In this document: positions 63,361-64,000 of the stretch, piece after piece
Layout of the letters: every line of letters starts with the position of its first letter
How positions within the stretch are numbered: the stretch's first letter is position 1
Origin: Gammaproteobacteria bacterium
Lineage (GTDB): Bacteria > Pseudomonadota > Gammaproteobacteria > Arenicellales > JAJDZL01
DNA: 64,000 bases
Assembly: GCA_022823625.1 (NCBI GenBank)
Contig: JAJEHQ010000011.1
Coordinates: forward strand, 132,077-196,076
Direction of reading: 5' to 3'
Notes under the pieces: generated by a model
The model's database searches: none
What the model was told of the DNA's origin: nothing
The model's input: the letters and a program-made list of their open reading frames with translations, nothing else
Made by a program: the position numbers and the translations under genes

Positions 63361-64000
63361 CGTGCAAAAGACTGCTGAAGTCGTAATAATCGGAGGAGGG
63401 GTTGCAGGATGCAGCGTCGCCTATCACCTGGCCAAAAGGGGTTGCAAGAATGTTGTTCTACTGGAGCGATCTGAACTGACATCTGGTTCGACCTGGCATG
63501 CGGCTGGAAATACACACGTACTGCAGGACAACGCAAACCTGTCAAAGCTTCACTACTATACGGTCAGGTTGTACCCGCAGCTTGAAGAAGAAACCGGACA
63601 ATCCTGCGGCATTCACCCGGTTGGAGGAATTTATCTGGCCACCACTCCAGAACGCCACGATCAAATTCGCATTCAGGCATCTAAAGCTAAATATCTAGGG
63701 CTTGATTTTCAGACGATTTCACTAGAAGACGTCCACAAAATGAATCCCTTGCTCAATCTCGATGGTGTCATCAGTGCGATGTTTGAGCACAACGAGCTTC
63801 ATATTGATCCCAGCGGAGTTACTAATGCGTATGCAGCAGGTGCACGTATGAACGGCGTCAAAATTCATCGAAACACGCCGGTAACTGCAACGACTCAGCA
63901 GCCCAATGGCGGTTGGCTGGTGGAAACACCCGAGGGCAAGATCGAAACAAAATATCTGGTTAACTGTGCGGGTCTTTGGGGTCGGGAGGTTGGACAACTG
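63361..64000 (+). CDS. FAD-dependent oxidoreductase, dimethylglycine/sarcosine dehydrogenase-like, N-terminal part; continues beyond the right edge
   Basis: Absent from the ORF track because it is edge-truncated. My translation from the GTG at 63361 is VQKTAEVVIIGGGVAGCSVAYHLAKRG...SGSTWHAAGN...NCAGLWGREVGQ. AGGAGGG lies 8 nt upstream. Confidence 0.8.

Overview
The window is 64 kb of densely packed chromosomal DNA from a proteobacterial-type, probably marine heterotroph (taxonomy is inferred from gene content only). I call about 52 protein-coding genes, almost all in metabolism or transport. I found no rRNA, tRNA, CRISPR array, integrase, transposase, prophage genes or stand-alone transcription factor.

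Gene content in order:
- htpG, truncated at the left edge and missing from the ORF track.
- An orphan CoxL/XDH-family molybdoenzyme subunit plus a FAH-family hydrolase.
- pdxJ, a clavaminate-synthase-like Fe/2OG dioxygenase, an SDR and a malonyl-CoA-synthetase-like ligase.
- A fatty-acid-hydroxylase family membrane protein, a Pot-type ABC importer and an EamA transporter.
- An 11 kb, translationally coupled purine-oxidation and uptake operon: puuD-uraH-xdhABC plus a BMP-family ABC transporter.
- A secreted Sel1-repeat protein built from 108-bp tandem units.
- Two divergent phosphoribosyltransferase paralogs, an acyl-CoA dehydrogenase and guaD.
- A 2OG-oxygenase / AhpD-like / DoeB-like deacylase operon.
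- A YdiJ-like FAD/Fe-S oxidase, a crotonase and a second acyl-CoA dehydrogenase.
- A 12.7 kb same-strand unit joining a HisC-type aminotransferase, a split ComDE-type TPP decarboxylase, a polar-amino-acid ABC importer, soxBDAG, a HAD hydrolase and a Cys/Met-family PLP enzyme.
- A lone methyltransferase-HNH nuclease fusion gene.
- An Fe-alcohol dehydrogenase.
- A methyl-group oxidation cluster: DAO-type flavoprotein, StcD-like flavin/Fe-S enzyme, non-Pyl MttB homolog, and a DMGDH-like gene truncated at the right edge.

The candidates I consider most worth follow-up are:
- the aminotransferase-ComDE-ABC-Sox unit (42076-54827);
- the methyltransferase-HNH fusion (54947-56731);
- the head-to-head PRT paralogs (29438-30606);
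- the 2OG-oxygenase operon (33320-35945);
- several unexplained non-coding stretches with repeats or palindromes (27693-28286, 39107-39439, 40301-40752).

All functional calls rest on motifs read by eye in the supplied translations. No database search was run.
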